Source: Camelus dromedarius (Eukaryota). From it: 64,000 nt of DNA. Made by a program: the position numbers and the translations under genes. Shown one piece after another: positions 39,411 to 52,593 of the stretch; the stretch's first letter is position 1; each line of letters opens with the position of its first letter. Below the pieces are notes generated by a model. It was not told the DNA's origin. It did no database searches and saw only the letters and a list, made by a program, of their open reading frames with translations. Location: NCBI RefSeq assembly GCF_036321535.1, contig NC_087436.1, positions 34,722,001 through 34,786,000 on the forward strand, in the 5' to 3' direction.

Positions 39411-40631
39411 TATTCCTCTTTTATTCTCAAATGCATTGTTGGAACTCCTCCAAAATCCATTTTACCTTCCAAATCCAGTAAGAATTTATGAAGTCCCTAC
39501 TTACATCATTCCAGATATTATAAGGATGGAAAAGAAATATTATTTATGTTCTCAGTTTTCCAGGATTATAGAAGCAGCAAAGCATATACACATGAAATAT
39601 TTAGAGAACCCCATGTAGCCCCATTACAATTTTTAAACTCAACAGGTGTGGTGAGGAAACACATGACTATCAGAAAGGGAGGAAAATCAGAAAGAACTGG
39701 AAGCCTGCTGGGAAATTCTAAGGCAGGATTGGCTAGACACTTGAGAAACAACTTTATTTTTCAATCTCATCTCACCACAAGGCTGAATTCCTTCACTTCT
39801 AGATTATTACACTAGTTATTACTATTTCCTTGCCTTATGAAAGCCATCATGATCTCCAGAGAGCTTGAGTTTCCTCCAATTATTTCTCTGCTTAAGAGCC
39901 TGATCTCCTAGCTGTGTGCCTAACTAAATTACTGTTTACTGTTAGCAAAAACTAACAGCAAAAACACAATTTGGGGCGATGGCTTGAACTTATAAAATCA
40001 GCTCCATTTCTAACAATGATGTGGCATTATAGTCTTGGCTTTATCAGCCAGTAGAATCAAAATAAAGAAGTATTAATAAGAAACGCTACCCCCCTCTCCC
40101 CCCCAGTAGGGCTGGCGGTGGCGTGATCAACCAGCTTAGCATCCGTCTCCAGCTGGACACAGAGCTAATGAAACCTGCTGAGGTGGCTCTGCATCACAGC
40201 TGTACTGCCAGCCTCGGGGCCGAGCCAGTAAAAGAGTTCTTTTTAACGTGCTTCTCCTTTTTTACAGTGTAAACTGTTTCAATTATACGAAGGAAAAAAG
40301 CGTCTCTTGTGATCAAATTCTAGACACGAATTGATCTAAAATTAGAAAGGAGGCAAAAAAAGTGCAAATGGAATGTGAACTAAAATCATTAATACCTGAG
40401 ATGCCACGGTAGGCCCTAAAGGATTTTCAAAGGTGAGTAAGACTCAAATCTCTGTCCACTTTGCAGTAAGGAGTCACCATTGTAAGCTTGTGATCACAAT
40501 TTAAACCACACTTTGATAAATACGTGGTACTGGGGCACACAAAATGTTGAAGAGAAAGAATAGAAAAGTATTCATTCTTGCTTTAGGGAAAAGTAGAGGA
40601 GTCTAAGTAGTTAATTGCCTCCTCTTCGCCC

Positions 40632-41131
40632 TGTTGGTGAGGGGCGATTCCTGCCCTAGGGTCATGGAGGTGGCCAAACACACAACACCTAACACTAGAC
40701 ACAGGAGATGAACAGCAGTTTCTTAGTCACACACACACACACACACACACACAACCGTGAAAGGTGGAGCCCACACAGCACACAGGGCCACATGGGAGTG
40801 GCACTCAGGCACGCAGTAACATCCACGGGCTGTGGGAGGCAGGCTCCATGGTATCAGTAGGGTGAGATGCCCCATGGTTCCCGTGCGAGGATATTATTGG
40901 CTTGTCTGAATAATTTCATGAGTTCTCAGGGAACCGAAACCAGCTACCCAGGGATAAGCGGGAACTGTGCCTGGTGCCCCTGACAAGGAGTGGGGTTTGG
41001 TGAGGGGACCGCCTCTGTGGGAGCAAGGTGGGGAGTGGGACTTGCAGTTAGGCTATTTGAGGCCCTCTCAGTTTCCCCAGATGTTAAGGCAGCACATAAT
41101 ACTAGGCTTTAATTTTAGACTTGACACCACA
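40632..41131 (-). mobile_element. ERVL-class solo LTR (MER74-like) containing (CA)n
   Basis: TG...CA ends; aggcagcacataatactaggctttaattttag terminus resembles the MER74/LTR53 group; (CA)n at ~40728-40752. Confidence 0.7.
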
Positions 41132-41859
41132 ATCTAGAGGGTAGAATCAGAGAAGGCTGCATTCAGGGGTTACCTTTGAATTCGTAAGATGGAGCTTGAT
41201 GGACAGATAGTAATTTAACAGGTAGAGATGGGAGAAAGTGAGAAACTACCTTAATCATATATGTTGAGAATGGAGTTAAAAATGTTCAAGAAAGTTAATT
41301 TTTTATGAATGTACATTTCACCCTAGTAGCAGGAACTCTGATAACATTCTGTGTGTTCTTCCCATTTTAGTAGATGTGTTGCTTATAGAAAGATCTACTT
41401 TTTATGAAATATGAGTCTAAGATAGAAGGGGATAAAATCATACATGATTTAAAGCCAGTATTTGAGGTATAGCACAAGTCCTTATGAAGGCAAAATATTT
41501 TACCTGGGAAGCATGAAATGAAAGCTAATGTCTGGTAAAAAATTCTTCCAGCCATGACTGTCTCTTCCAGCTGAGCCCCAGATCTTTATGATTATGGCAA
41601 CTTTGTGGATTGGACCTAAAAGCATAAACTCAGATCTGGAGACATTTATTCCAATCCTCTTACCAAGGATCTCATCCTCTTACCAAAGGATCTTGACTTG
41701 CAGATAATTCCAGTAGTGGAAAATACACAGTTTGGGAGACAATTTATTTTATTCTTAGGTGCCAAGTTGTGTCTTGTATTGAACTAGAGTGTTCCTTTTT
41801 ATAACTTCATCAATTTATTCACACGTGCTTTTGGGATCAACCTAGTCTGTCCTATACAT

Positions 41860-42405
41860 GACTGAGAAAATGAAAAATGGCTCTGGCAGCTGACAGCTAA
41901 GCTCTGATGTTCCCTAATGAACATAAATATGATCACCAGAGATGAACAACATAAATGATGACCAAATGAGGCAGGCTATGACTGGGATGGAACAAGACAG
42001 GGATCCTGCCACTCGGGGACCATGTCTGAAGTAAGATAGAGACAAGGACCCTGCAGCCACAAGACTAAGTAAACATACCTTTCCTTTTTACTCACATGAG
42101 TAACTACTGCCTCTTTACCAAAGACAACTCTAACCCCACTTCAGTCCCCCTTTCTTCTAGTTAAAAGTTACCAAGATGTCCCCACTTGCAGACAGCACCC
42201 AATACAGAATGAACTCAGCTTCCTTTAACCCTCTTTAGAATCAGCAGCATAACCTCAAATCCTGTATTAATAATCCCCTCTTCTGCCTCTTAACTTGGCA
42301 TCCCACAGTCTCCATGGTATACTTTCTCTTTTGCTGCAGACACCTCCTTGACTACCGGTGTACTCCTGATGGTCTTGACCGGGGAGGGGGTGGGCTTTAC
42401 CATCA
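41860..42405 (+). mobile_element. Old LTR-like element, family uncertain
   Basis: LTR-like composition, ending in ggtgtactcctgatggtcttgacc...catca. Confidence 0.4.
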
Positions 42406-45092
42406 CATTACACCATTTGACTCTCCATCAAGAATGAGAATGTCTATGGTGTTGCAGTGGAATTAGCACATTCTTAGGAGTCAAAAAGACCTAGGTTCTA
42501 GCCCAATTAGATGGGCTAAGTTGGGTACATTACTAAACCTACCCCTGCCTCAGTATTCACAAACACAAAATGAGAGGGTTAGGGTAGATCTCTGACCTTT
42601 GAGGTTTGAACCATAGGGACCTAGACACTTTCTGTGAGAGGAGAGGAAGGTGGAGTATCGCTAGTAGCCTAAGTACCTGTTAGAAAGCATCAAGCAACCT
42701 GAGACGAAACTAATGATGCCACGCCCATGGGAGTCTGAGACCCTGCCTCGCTGCATATGGTACAGAACTTCACTTGTTGCCCAGTTATGCCTGGGGATGA
42801 CAACGACTGAGACGAGCGCGCGGGTGAGTTCTGTGGTTGAATGCAAAATTCTGCCCTGGATTGCTAGCAAAGGGAAATCTCCCTCAGAGGAGTTTATTCA
42901 GAACAGCAATGAGTTGTAAGGTTTTCTGATTATAGACAAATTTTAACTCACTAAGGTTTAAATGTAAAAATTCCTATTTTAGCCTTGAATTAACCATCAC
43001 AAACAAAACCCTATTTTTTCTTCAGATTCTCAAGCTTTCAGCCATTCTTTTTCATGCACTACATTATGAACCTAAAAATTGTCTCCTGAATACGGTTTTT
43101 GTGCTATATTTAGCAGAAGGATGCTTCCTGTTTCTCCTCTATAGATATCCCTCAATGAGTGCAGTCTTCACTCACTGACACTATAAATAGTCTTTCTTCA
43201 AACACAGCATCAGATAAAGCTTCTCATTCTGTTAGGGGAAATGGAAATTTATTTGATTTATGTGAATATATTAAAGAGAACTTGAATATAAGCATCTGTC
43301 TCGTAGACCATTATGAGTTTACCCTGATTATTGTTAATAATTTAAGTGCTTTTGCAGTGGAATCTATGCTGGCCATAATCTCAACTTGATTAAATACAAA
43401 ATATGTACGATTTTAACTATTTCGATAGAAATGTGCTTGAGGTTTAAAAAATATATTCATTCACTACTTTCATAAAAATTCAAGAAATTGGCCTGAGCTT
43501 AGGTCTATTTTTCATACTGAAAACATGATTAATAATAATAATAAATTATCATTTTTTCAAGAAATTATGACAAAGATTAATGAATTGATATTTGCAAAGC
43601 ATTTTGAATATAAAAATGTTATTAGATAATTTGATTGAATATTTTAAAAATCAAATTATTAAATTGGTTTACCAGGTTGAGTATCACATGTAGACATATA
43701 TATTATGTATGTATAATATGGTATACATGTGTATGTATCTGTGTGTTTCTATGTATGTATAACATTGAAGAGGATGCACTGAATTGCAATCTGACAAGAA
43801 GCCTACCAGAAATATCATTATATCATCAATTAATCATTAGATATATGTAAATTAGTTTTATTCTTATCTGAGACTTATGCTCAGCACTATTCTTAGGATT
43901 TATTAGCAAGAAAAATGTATGAGTGAGTAAATGAACCCCCCTCTTATCTTGTCATATCTCTTTCTTAAACTTCACATTGAAGAAAAGTTTACATTCAGTA
44001 AATGCCTTCTAATGTAAATTTTGCTTCTCTCATTATTTTATTGAAATTGTTTTGAAGCTCCCTATCCACATTTCAGTTACCAAATTCAAAGATCTTTTAT
44101 CATTACTCTTCAGGCTGTCCCCCTGGAATAGCTGGACTAATTTACCATTATTTTCTTTAAAAAATATCTTGTCCTTCAAACCATGATATCTGTTCTCACA
44201 TTGTCTTGTAAAAGTTATAGCCTTTTAAATTTCTTCTCTTAGCTTCCTGTCTTCTGAATGTACCATTTTCTCGCTCATGTGTTTTTGTCTCCAATATTTA
44301 TCTCCTTTCCCTTGAAGGGGACATCTGCCATAAACTTATATCCTGATAACTTCAAATCTATTTCTGTGGCAACAATCTCCCTTTGGAATTTTTGTCAATG
44401 TCCCTCTGTTTTCCCATTCCATCATTTGGATGATTTCCCAGCATTTCAAATTTGATTTATCCAGATTAAATGTATCATCTTTACCCTAAAACTTGTTACT
44501 TGGTGACTTACATATATTTATTAATAGCACTACAATCATCATAATCACATTCAGGCTTAAACACTATAATGTAAGATGACAAAATCACATACCTATTCTA
44601 CTGTCTTCATGTAGGCTCATGGACCACTCCCAATCTATGCCGCACCCTGTTATCTTCTTGATGCACAACTCTAACTGACCTCCCAGCTACTCAAAAATGT
44701 TCAGTGGCTTACATTACCACTGAGTGATGTACAGATCCTTTTGTTGGTCCTCCTTGACATGACCACAAACCAGTTTTCTTTCTTTTTTTCAATTTCCAGT
44801 ATGATTCACAATTACTTTCTTTCAAACACCTCACACAACAACTTGATGGCACTACCTGGTGGACCCTAAGAATGTTCTATGTGTGCATTTTCTTTCTCTG
44901 TGCATTTTTTCATATGGAATTAAATTATTACAAGTAGAGCTGAAACTGGAAGAAATTATCTTTGTATATTTTAGGCACAAATTCTAAAAAATGTGGAACA
45001 GCTGAATCTTGTTATCTCTTCTCTTAATGTATCCAGTAATTTGGCTCTATGTTAAATTAATTAAATGCATGTAGCATTATTTTACATTAAAA

Positions 45093-45670
45093 TGTATGCT
45101 GTATAACAAATGACCACAAACTTACCAGCATAAAAAAGCACAAATTTGTTATCTCATAGTTTCTGTAGGTCAGAGTCCTGTACACCATGAATGAATTCTC
45201 TGCCCAGAATCTCATCAGACTGAAATCAAGGTGTTGGTTGGGGCTATGGTTCTTGTCTGAAGTGTGGGTCCTCCTCCAAGCTCAGTGGGCAGAATTCATT
45301 TCCTTGTGGTTGTAGGACTGAGGTCCCTATTTTCCTTTTAGCTGTTGACCACGTTCACTCTCTTCCCTAGATATCTCCTGCAGTTTCTTGCCACGTGGCT
45401 GCCATAGCCCATCACAGTGTAGATGTTTGTTTTCTTCCAGGCCAGCTAAAATATGGTTCAGGCTCTTCCTAATATGACCAACTATCTAAAGAAAACTCTC
45501 TATTTTAAAGATCTTGTATGATTTAATTAGGCCCATATGGATAATCGTCCTATAATAAAATCAATATTATAAAATCAATATTCTTAGCATTTAACTGAAT
45601 AACTAGGAGAAGGTGTGTAAACACCATGAGCTGGGAATCTTAGGGAGCCCTTGAGGATCTGTCTACCACA
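45093..45670 (-). mobile_element. MaLR LTR (MLT1E-like)
   Basis: gctgtataacaaatgaccacaaactta...ggcagaattcatttccttgtggttgtaggactgaggtccc...ctgtctaccaca. Confidence 0.8.
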
Positions 45671-47524
45671 CATGCCTACTTCTTTTTTCAGTGCCATTGA
45701 CATATTTCACTGTTATAAGCCAGTAGTCCTTCAGAAGCAGTCAAATCTGTTGACTATTTGCTGTCAAAAGGGACAGCAACAAAAATTGTTGACTTTGGCT
45801 CCATATTCTCCAAATTTCAAGTATAAATGTTAATTCTCAACCCAGTAATTCAAGTCAAATGTGGACATATGTGCTCCTACTAACTTATTTGAGTAAGATC
45901 ATTACTATGTGATATTATTTCAAAGAAAATTACTTTGGGGGCCACACTGAGGATTCCAATGATTGAAATGGCCAATTGACAACACCTACTTTTAAATTTC
46001 TAGGCCAACTTTTCTCTTTTGTTCTGTATGGAACAGATCTTGGGATCAAAATCAAGAATTCAAGCAGTTTCATCTCTCTGTGGACAGTTTTGGACTCACA
46101 GGCATAGACCTCCATACAGAATTTGGACAGCCCTTTGAGTCTGGGTGAAATATACCTTAGGCTTGGATAACAAAATAGCAGATACACACTGTATACCCTT
46201 ATCTTTAGTCAAACTTCCCCAGAATGTTAACATTTCAGAGCTTGTCAGAGAAGCCAATCCCAAGTTAGCTGCCTTATGAATTCCTGGAATGCAGGGACCA
46301 GATCTAAAACATTTAAATCTTCAATGCCTTAGCCAATCCTAATAGTAAACATTCAGCTGCAATACTATATTTGAGAAAGAGTTTCTAAGACCATGCTTAG
46401 CTCCTTAAAGAAATGGCTTTATCAAGATTAAATTCTACATATACTAGACATGAGAAACTACTATATGAAGAACATTTCTGCATCTTCTCAAACTGACATT
46501 GAAACATTTACCTATCATGTTTATTGGTGTCCTGTATGTCAGCAGCCATGCAGGATCTTTCTCTCTTAAGTATCACGTAAAGGATAGCTTTGGTGACAGT
46601 TCAGTTCATTTCAACAAACATGTATTTAAGGCCTAAGATTCAAGGCACTAGGCCAGGCCAAAGTGATACTAACATGGAAAAATAATTGGTTCCCTGTCTT
46701 AAAAGAGTTCAAAGATGAATATGTATTTTTTAATATGAGAGTATTATTAATAATATGACTCAGTGCTCCTTTATTTATTTATTTATTTATCTATCTATTT
46801 ATGTATTTATTTTTACTTTAAGAAATACAGGGCTAAATTTTGTATTCTCTTCCAGTAACAAATTTCTGGGCATTTATGTATATTTCTCTAAGTAAATGAT
46901 CTCTAATTTTGTTTTTAAATTTTTTAAATAATGTTTTTACTATTTATTTTTACTCTAAGCTGCTTCAATTTTTCATTTTTTTTGCAAAATAAGTGATATT
47001 TTAAACTTAACTAAAGATTTGTTATAGTTTAAATTTACGATAATATTTTTTCCAAATTGTTTATCAAATTATCTTTAGGCATTGAAAACATTCAGAAATA
47101 TAATCATATAGAATGAATGACATTTTACAAAAATTCAGACAGTTTTCTAGTTTTTTTAAATAAATTTTATTGTAAAAAAATCTTTTCAAATTAAATAGAA
47201 GATCAAGCAGATTAGTGCTTCCATTTTTCCTTTATAACACAATTAAGATTATAAAAACTCGTAACACAAAATAACTGGCTCGGAAGTATACTATAAATCT
47301 TTTTTTATGATGTTCACGTCATTAAAAAAAAGCAGTATTTCTTCTAAAACAGCATCATGTAAAGATGAAAGGGAAAGGAAATTAACGTTTATTGTATTGT
47401 TTCTACGGACCAGATTCTGTACGAAGCATTTTACTGAGTTCACCTTACTTAAACAACTTCGTAGGTGATTAAACAGGATAGTAAAATTGCATTCTACCTA
47501 CCAACTGCGGAGCTAGGCATTTAT

Positions 47525-47780
47525 GATGTTTGAGTTATAATCAAAAATACATATTTGGTCTTATTCCACTATTCCTGGCATATAGCTGCTAAAACCCTTT
47601 TAATATTCTATATAAGAGGCATGGGAGCATCTTTTGCTGTAGTATTTAGTTCTGTTTCCAGTTTCTGAAATAGTTTCAGAGCATAAAGGTGAAATGGATG
47701 TCTTTGTTATTTATAACAAGCCCCTTTCAGTCACACCAGAGTTTATGTTAATGTGGTGATCTTGGAAAGCCCCTAAGGAT
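47525..47780 (+). mobile_element. MER21(B)-like LTR fragment
   Basis: atatttggtct...ttcctggca...gctaaaaccctt...aagcccctttcagtcacaccagagtttatgttaatg. Confidence 0.65.
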
Positions 47781-47889
47781 CAAAATAGATTAAAGCACAA
47801 GGTAAGCCTGTATGAAAACCTCAGAGAAGTAAACTAAGTAAAGGTTACAGAGACAAAAGTAATGGAATTGAAGTGCGAAGCCAGGTGCA

Positions 47890-48457
47890 ACAAGAATTTT
47901 GAGATGATCATCATTGACCCACCCCTTGTACAGTGTCGTCCTGAGTATGAGAGGGAACTACAACTGGCTTTTAATCAACAGAATGTGGCAAAGATGTTGA
48001 GAAATCATTGCTATGATTACATGTCAAAGGTGAAGGGCCTGGGCAGCTAGAGCTAGGATCCCAAGTCCATTCGTTGACTTCAAGTTAATAACGAGGGAGA
48101 CACTTCTAAAGAGGGTCTAGAAGTAAGAGACACGAAAAAGGAGCACAGCTGCTCCCTTCTTAAGTCATAAAGAAGCAGATGCCATGTCCGGAGAGAGTTT
48201 GTGTGATGGGGAATTTCAGTCTTACAACCACAAGGATCAGAATTCTGCCCAAATTCCAAGTTTGGAAGAAGACCCTGGGCTGAGGACAATCCTGCCCCCT
48301 GGTGCCTGCCTTGATTTCAGCCTCAGGAAACCCTAAATAGGGGAACTGACTAAGCTGTGCTCACACTTCTGACCCATAGAAACTGTGAGATAAGCATATG
48401 TTGTTTAAGCCACCAAACTTGTGGTCATTTGTTCTGTAGTAATAATAAACGTATACA
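47890..48457 (+). mobile_element. MaLR LTR (MLT1E/F-like)
   Basis: aacagaatgtggcaaag...ccttgatttcagcc...ttctgacccatagaaactgtgagataa...tttaagccaccaaacttgtgg...ataca. Confidence 0.75.
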
Positions 48458-48972
48458 CCCAGTCTGACTCATTTAGAATCCTCCACTTCTTCCATTACAT
48501 TGTGGTGTAGTTTCTTCTGACACACAGCCACGGCTGCAGTTGCTTAACAAGAGCTCTCCTCCTGCCATTCTTTCTTGCTAGTGTAGCATTTTCCCAGCTT
48601 CTCTGGCAGGGAAGGCATGGGAGAGTGAATAAACTCCAGTTGCTAAGACATGAAGGGAAGAAATTTGGGAGGCATCTGTAAAAGATTGCCCTCCTTGATG
48701 AAAGAGACAGAGATGTGAGAAGCAGCCACTGCTGCTTCCAGCCCTTGACGCGGCTGTGTGAGGACCCAGTTGTTTGGAAGCGAAGTTGCTGGACTGTGAC
48801 TAAGAAGAGAAGACCGAGGCCAGTAGAGAGGCTACTCAGGGGCCATCCTCCTTGAGCTGCTAAGCAAACGTGTTGCAGTATGAGGAAAAAAAAAACCCTA
48901 ACGTTTTAGTCTCGGGTGATAGCTGGCATGGTAGAGACCAGATGGTACATCGTACTCGCAGCTGAAAGCATC

Positions 48973-49421
48973 TGTGTTAGCCAGGGTTCTCCAGAGAACA
49001 GAGACAATAGGATGTGTGTATACATATAGAAAGAGATTTATTTTTAAAAAATTGGCAGATGTGATTGTGGAGCCTTGGTGAACGCAAAGTACGATGGGTT
49101 AGGTCAGCAGCCCGGAGACTCGGCGAAGAGTTGCAGTTCAAGCCCAAAGGTGTTCTGCTGCAGAACCAGGAAGAGCCGGTGCTGCAGAGGAAGCCCAAGG
49201 GCAGTCAGCTGGAGAATTCCCTCTCATTAGGACGTTAGGTTTTTGTTTCAAGTCTTCAAACCCATTAAATGAGGGCCACCCACATTACAGATGGCAGTCT
49301 GCTTTACTGAAAGTCTATCGGTGTAAACGTAAATCTCACCCAAAATCACCCTCATGAAAACATCCAGAATCATGTTTGACCAATTTTCCAGACAAGTTGC
49401 TACAAAAAATTAATCATCACA
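48973..49421 (-). mobile_element. ERVL solo LTR, MLT2 family
   Basis: tgtgttagccagggttctccagagaacaga ... aaaattaatcatcaca; perfect 5-bp TSD gcatc at 48968-48972 and 49422-49426. Confidence 0.9.
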
Positions 49422-49629
49422 GCATCCAGCTCCAGAAAAATAAGTGTCCTTTTTTTTATTTTATCCTGATAGTAACTACCCACTGCATGGGAAAATAAAA
49501 TTTAGCTTTGACAATAAAATTAGCTGACATACATTAAATGTTAATTTTGTGCCAAGCATGATCACAGACACTTCTTATCAGTTATTTTATTTAACCCACA
49601 TATCAGCCTTGCAAGAACTTAAAAATATT

Positions 49630-50260
49630 TCATTATTTATTCAACAACTAGTTAAGCACAACTAGTTAACCTACAGTTAAGCACCAGGCACTATTTGGGG
49701 GCTGTGCACTCAGCAGGAAACAAGACAAAGTCCCTGCCCTCATGGAAGTCAAATTCTAGGGACATAATGTCATGTGAGTGATAAGTGCTAGGAAGAAATT
49801 AAAGCAGGCAATGTAATGAAGGGTGAAGGCAGAGGTGGTGCGTTTTAAGGAAATGGCATTCTACCAGATGCAGAAATGATGTGAAGGCATGAGCTATACG
49901 AACATCTGGAAGAAAATGGTGCAGGTCAAGCCAAGAGTAAGTGCCCTAACGTAAGAATGAGTTCTAAGTGTTTACAGAACACGAAGAAGGCTAGAATTTA
50001 TTAGAGTAGAATGAGTTTGTAGAGAGTTAGTAGATTGAGACAGTTAGGAGATGGTGGCAGACACAACCAAAACTAAATCACACATGAATGTATCCTTTGG
50101 AAAGTTTTGGACAGGAAACTAGAGTGATCTGATTACTGTTTTTAAAAGATCACTCTGTCCCCTGATTGCAGCCAGACTGCAAGGGGGCAAGGGTGGAAGT
50201 AAGGATGCCTTCAAAAGTCTAGGTCAGGAGAGAGATGCTTAAGGCAGGGGCTTGAGTGAT
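49630..50260 (-). mobile_element. LINE-2 fragment
   Basis: tcattatttattcaacaac...ccaggcact...aacaagacaaagtccctgccctcatgga...ttttaaaagatcactctg. Confidence 0.75.
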
Positions 50261-51080
50261 AAAGGGGGGTGTGGGACAATGATTGTTATTAACCCGCTTT
50301 CATGAATGAGGTAATTGGCTTGGGAAGCTTGAGAAAATTGCATCTATAACCCATCTAGTAAGTGGAATAGACTTACTCAGAAACAAATCATCCTGGACTC
50401 GAACACTCATGCAATTTCCATGTGTTTTCTTTTCTTGCTTTAAAATAAATAATTGGTAAAATTTCTGTTGTACAGGATTAGTGACGTTGGGGGAAGTTGT
50501 GCTATAGGCTATTAAACTTGGGCGGGTAATGACAGGAAAAACCTTGGCAAAACTCAAAAGAGAAAAATATTCAAACAATAAAGATTCTCTTTTCAAAGCA
50601 AACTGATTAGAAAGAGAATTATATTTTTACATTTTCCTACAAATCCAATTGGTTGGAGAATAATAATGTTTTGTTTCTTCTTGACCAAGATCATTTAAAT
50701 GACTTCATTTGAGGAAGAATTTAAATGTAGGTGGAGAAGGCATAATTGGTTCGCTTTTAAACACTTATGTTGTGTAAATAGAACATTACTGATCACCTTG
50801 TAAAACAAACATAGTACACTTGATCTTCACCACCCTCTTCCTCTTTCCAGTTTTATAATAGAGCTTCCAAACTTTTCTGAATATTACTCACAATGAGAAA
50901 CACCTTTTAAATTATGAAAAAGTAAGCAAACTTAGGCACGAACACATGAACACGCATTCCCATGAAACAAGCACTTCAAAAAACAGTATTTATCTTTACT
51001 ATTTATAATGAATTCTGGAATGTTTGATTCTATTTTATTTTTTTCCAGCCTCTTATTAGATATATGGTCCGTTTTTTAAA

Positions 51081-51258
51081 TTTTTTTTATTGAAGTATAG
51101 TCAGTTTGCAATGTTGTGTCCATTTCTGGTGTACAGCATAATGTCTCAGTCATACATATACATACATATATTCATTTTCATATTCTTTTTCATTATAGGT
51201 TATTACAAGATATTGAATATAGTTCCCTGTGCTATACAGAAGAAGTTTGTTGTTTATA
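51081..51258 (-). mobile_element. Relatively young camelid-type L1 3' end (5'-truncated)
   Basis: ttttattgaagtatagtcagtttgcaatgttgtgtc...cattataggttattacaagatattgaatatagttccctgtgctatacag. Confidence 0.88.
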
Positions 51259-52399
51259 ATCTGACTGTTTTATTTTTGAAAGCTGACTACAAACCACTTA
51301 ATTGACTTCCATTGGCTAGTCAATGTCCCAGAGTTTCGAAAGCATCAGTATTAAGAAAGCAGGCCAGAGGAAGATTGTAAATATTTAAATCTGTTCCCAT
51401 TCATGTCTTTGCCAAGGCGGATGGAGGACTATTATACAGTTATGCTGAGGCCAGCCCACCACCCAAGAGCAACAGGGTCCACAGTAATGGAAGCAGACAC
51501 TGTCTCTAAGACACTCTTCTCAACCTTTTTGACCCCTTACCACCCCCTCTTTGCCCACACATGGCCATGTCACAGTGGGCAGACCTAGGGAGCCCTGACT
51601 GAAATCAGGGACAGGTGTGGAGGCAGAGGCTCTTCCGGCTGCGGAGGTCACTGCCCCACCAGCCCCCGGTGAGTGGTTAAGAGCATGGGCTCTGGAACCA
51701 GACGTCAACAAAATGAGTTGATGTGAGCATAGGGCTTAGAACTTGGCACAAATGGAGCATCCTTTGATAACTGCTATTATCATTATCATTCTCATCATTA
51801 TTATTATGACTGGCTGAGCAAGGCATGATGTCAGAGGAAAATGGAAAAGAATAGAGTGACTGAAATACATTTCCTTATCCTTTAACTACTCCCAACTTTT
51901 GTTATCTATCAGAACCAAGTAACTCTGAAGAAGGATGGAGTTGAAAGAAGTCTTAGGATTTATCACTCTGACCCCTTACAGGAAAATGGCCTGGAGAGCT
52001 TCAGTGACTTCCCAGCTCACACAGCTGATCTGAGGCAGAGTTAGGACTGCACTGCAGTTTTTATGAATCTAAAGGCTTCACTCCCCATTTCATGGCATGG
52101 TCATTTCTGGCAAGGATTCACAAGCACATTACTCACAACATTTTTAATTTCAAAAATCACATAGCAACGAATGTTTTAGTGCAAAGAAGTATAGGTGAGC
52201 TCCTAGTAGATATTTTAAAAGACTAAGAGACTCCAGTTTTTCAGGTATATAAGTGGTTTAGTATATTTATGAGAGTTTTATATATGTTAATGTCTTATAA
52301 ATACTATAACTGTCATATGCCCTTTGATTCATATATGTGAAGGGACCTACATATATTTGTGCTTATTATTAAGACTGCTTATTTAGAATTTTGAACCTT

Positions 52400-52579
52400 T
52401 TTCCTTTTTAGTAAAGATAGATTTACTTAGAGAGATACATACTGCATAGAGTGTAAGGCAAGAGAAAGGCAAGGAAAGAGGTGTGGGAGTTGGGTGCTCA
52501 GGTTAAAGTAAAAGTAGGTACACACTCCATAGACGAGTGCTGGCCATTTCCGAAGGGGAGGGAGCGAAAGAGGGTGGCC
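52400..52579 (-). mobile_element. ~180-bp retroposed LTR-R-region-like sequence with A-rich tail and TSD
   Basis: TSD agaattttg(a/t)acc(t/c)tt at 52385-52400 and 52580-52595; minus strand ends ...GTATCTCTCTAAGTAAATCTATCTTTACT-AAAAAGGAAAAA; no tRNA A/B boxes. Confidence 0.7.
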
Positions 52580-52593
52580 AGAATTTTGTACCC

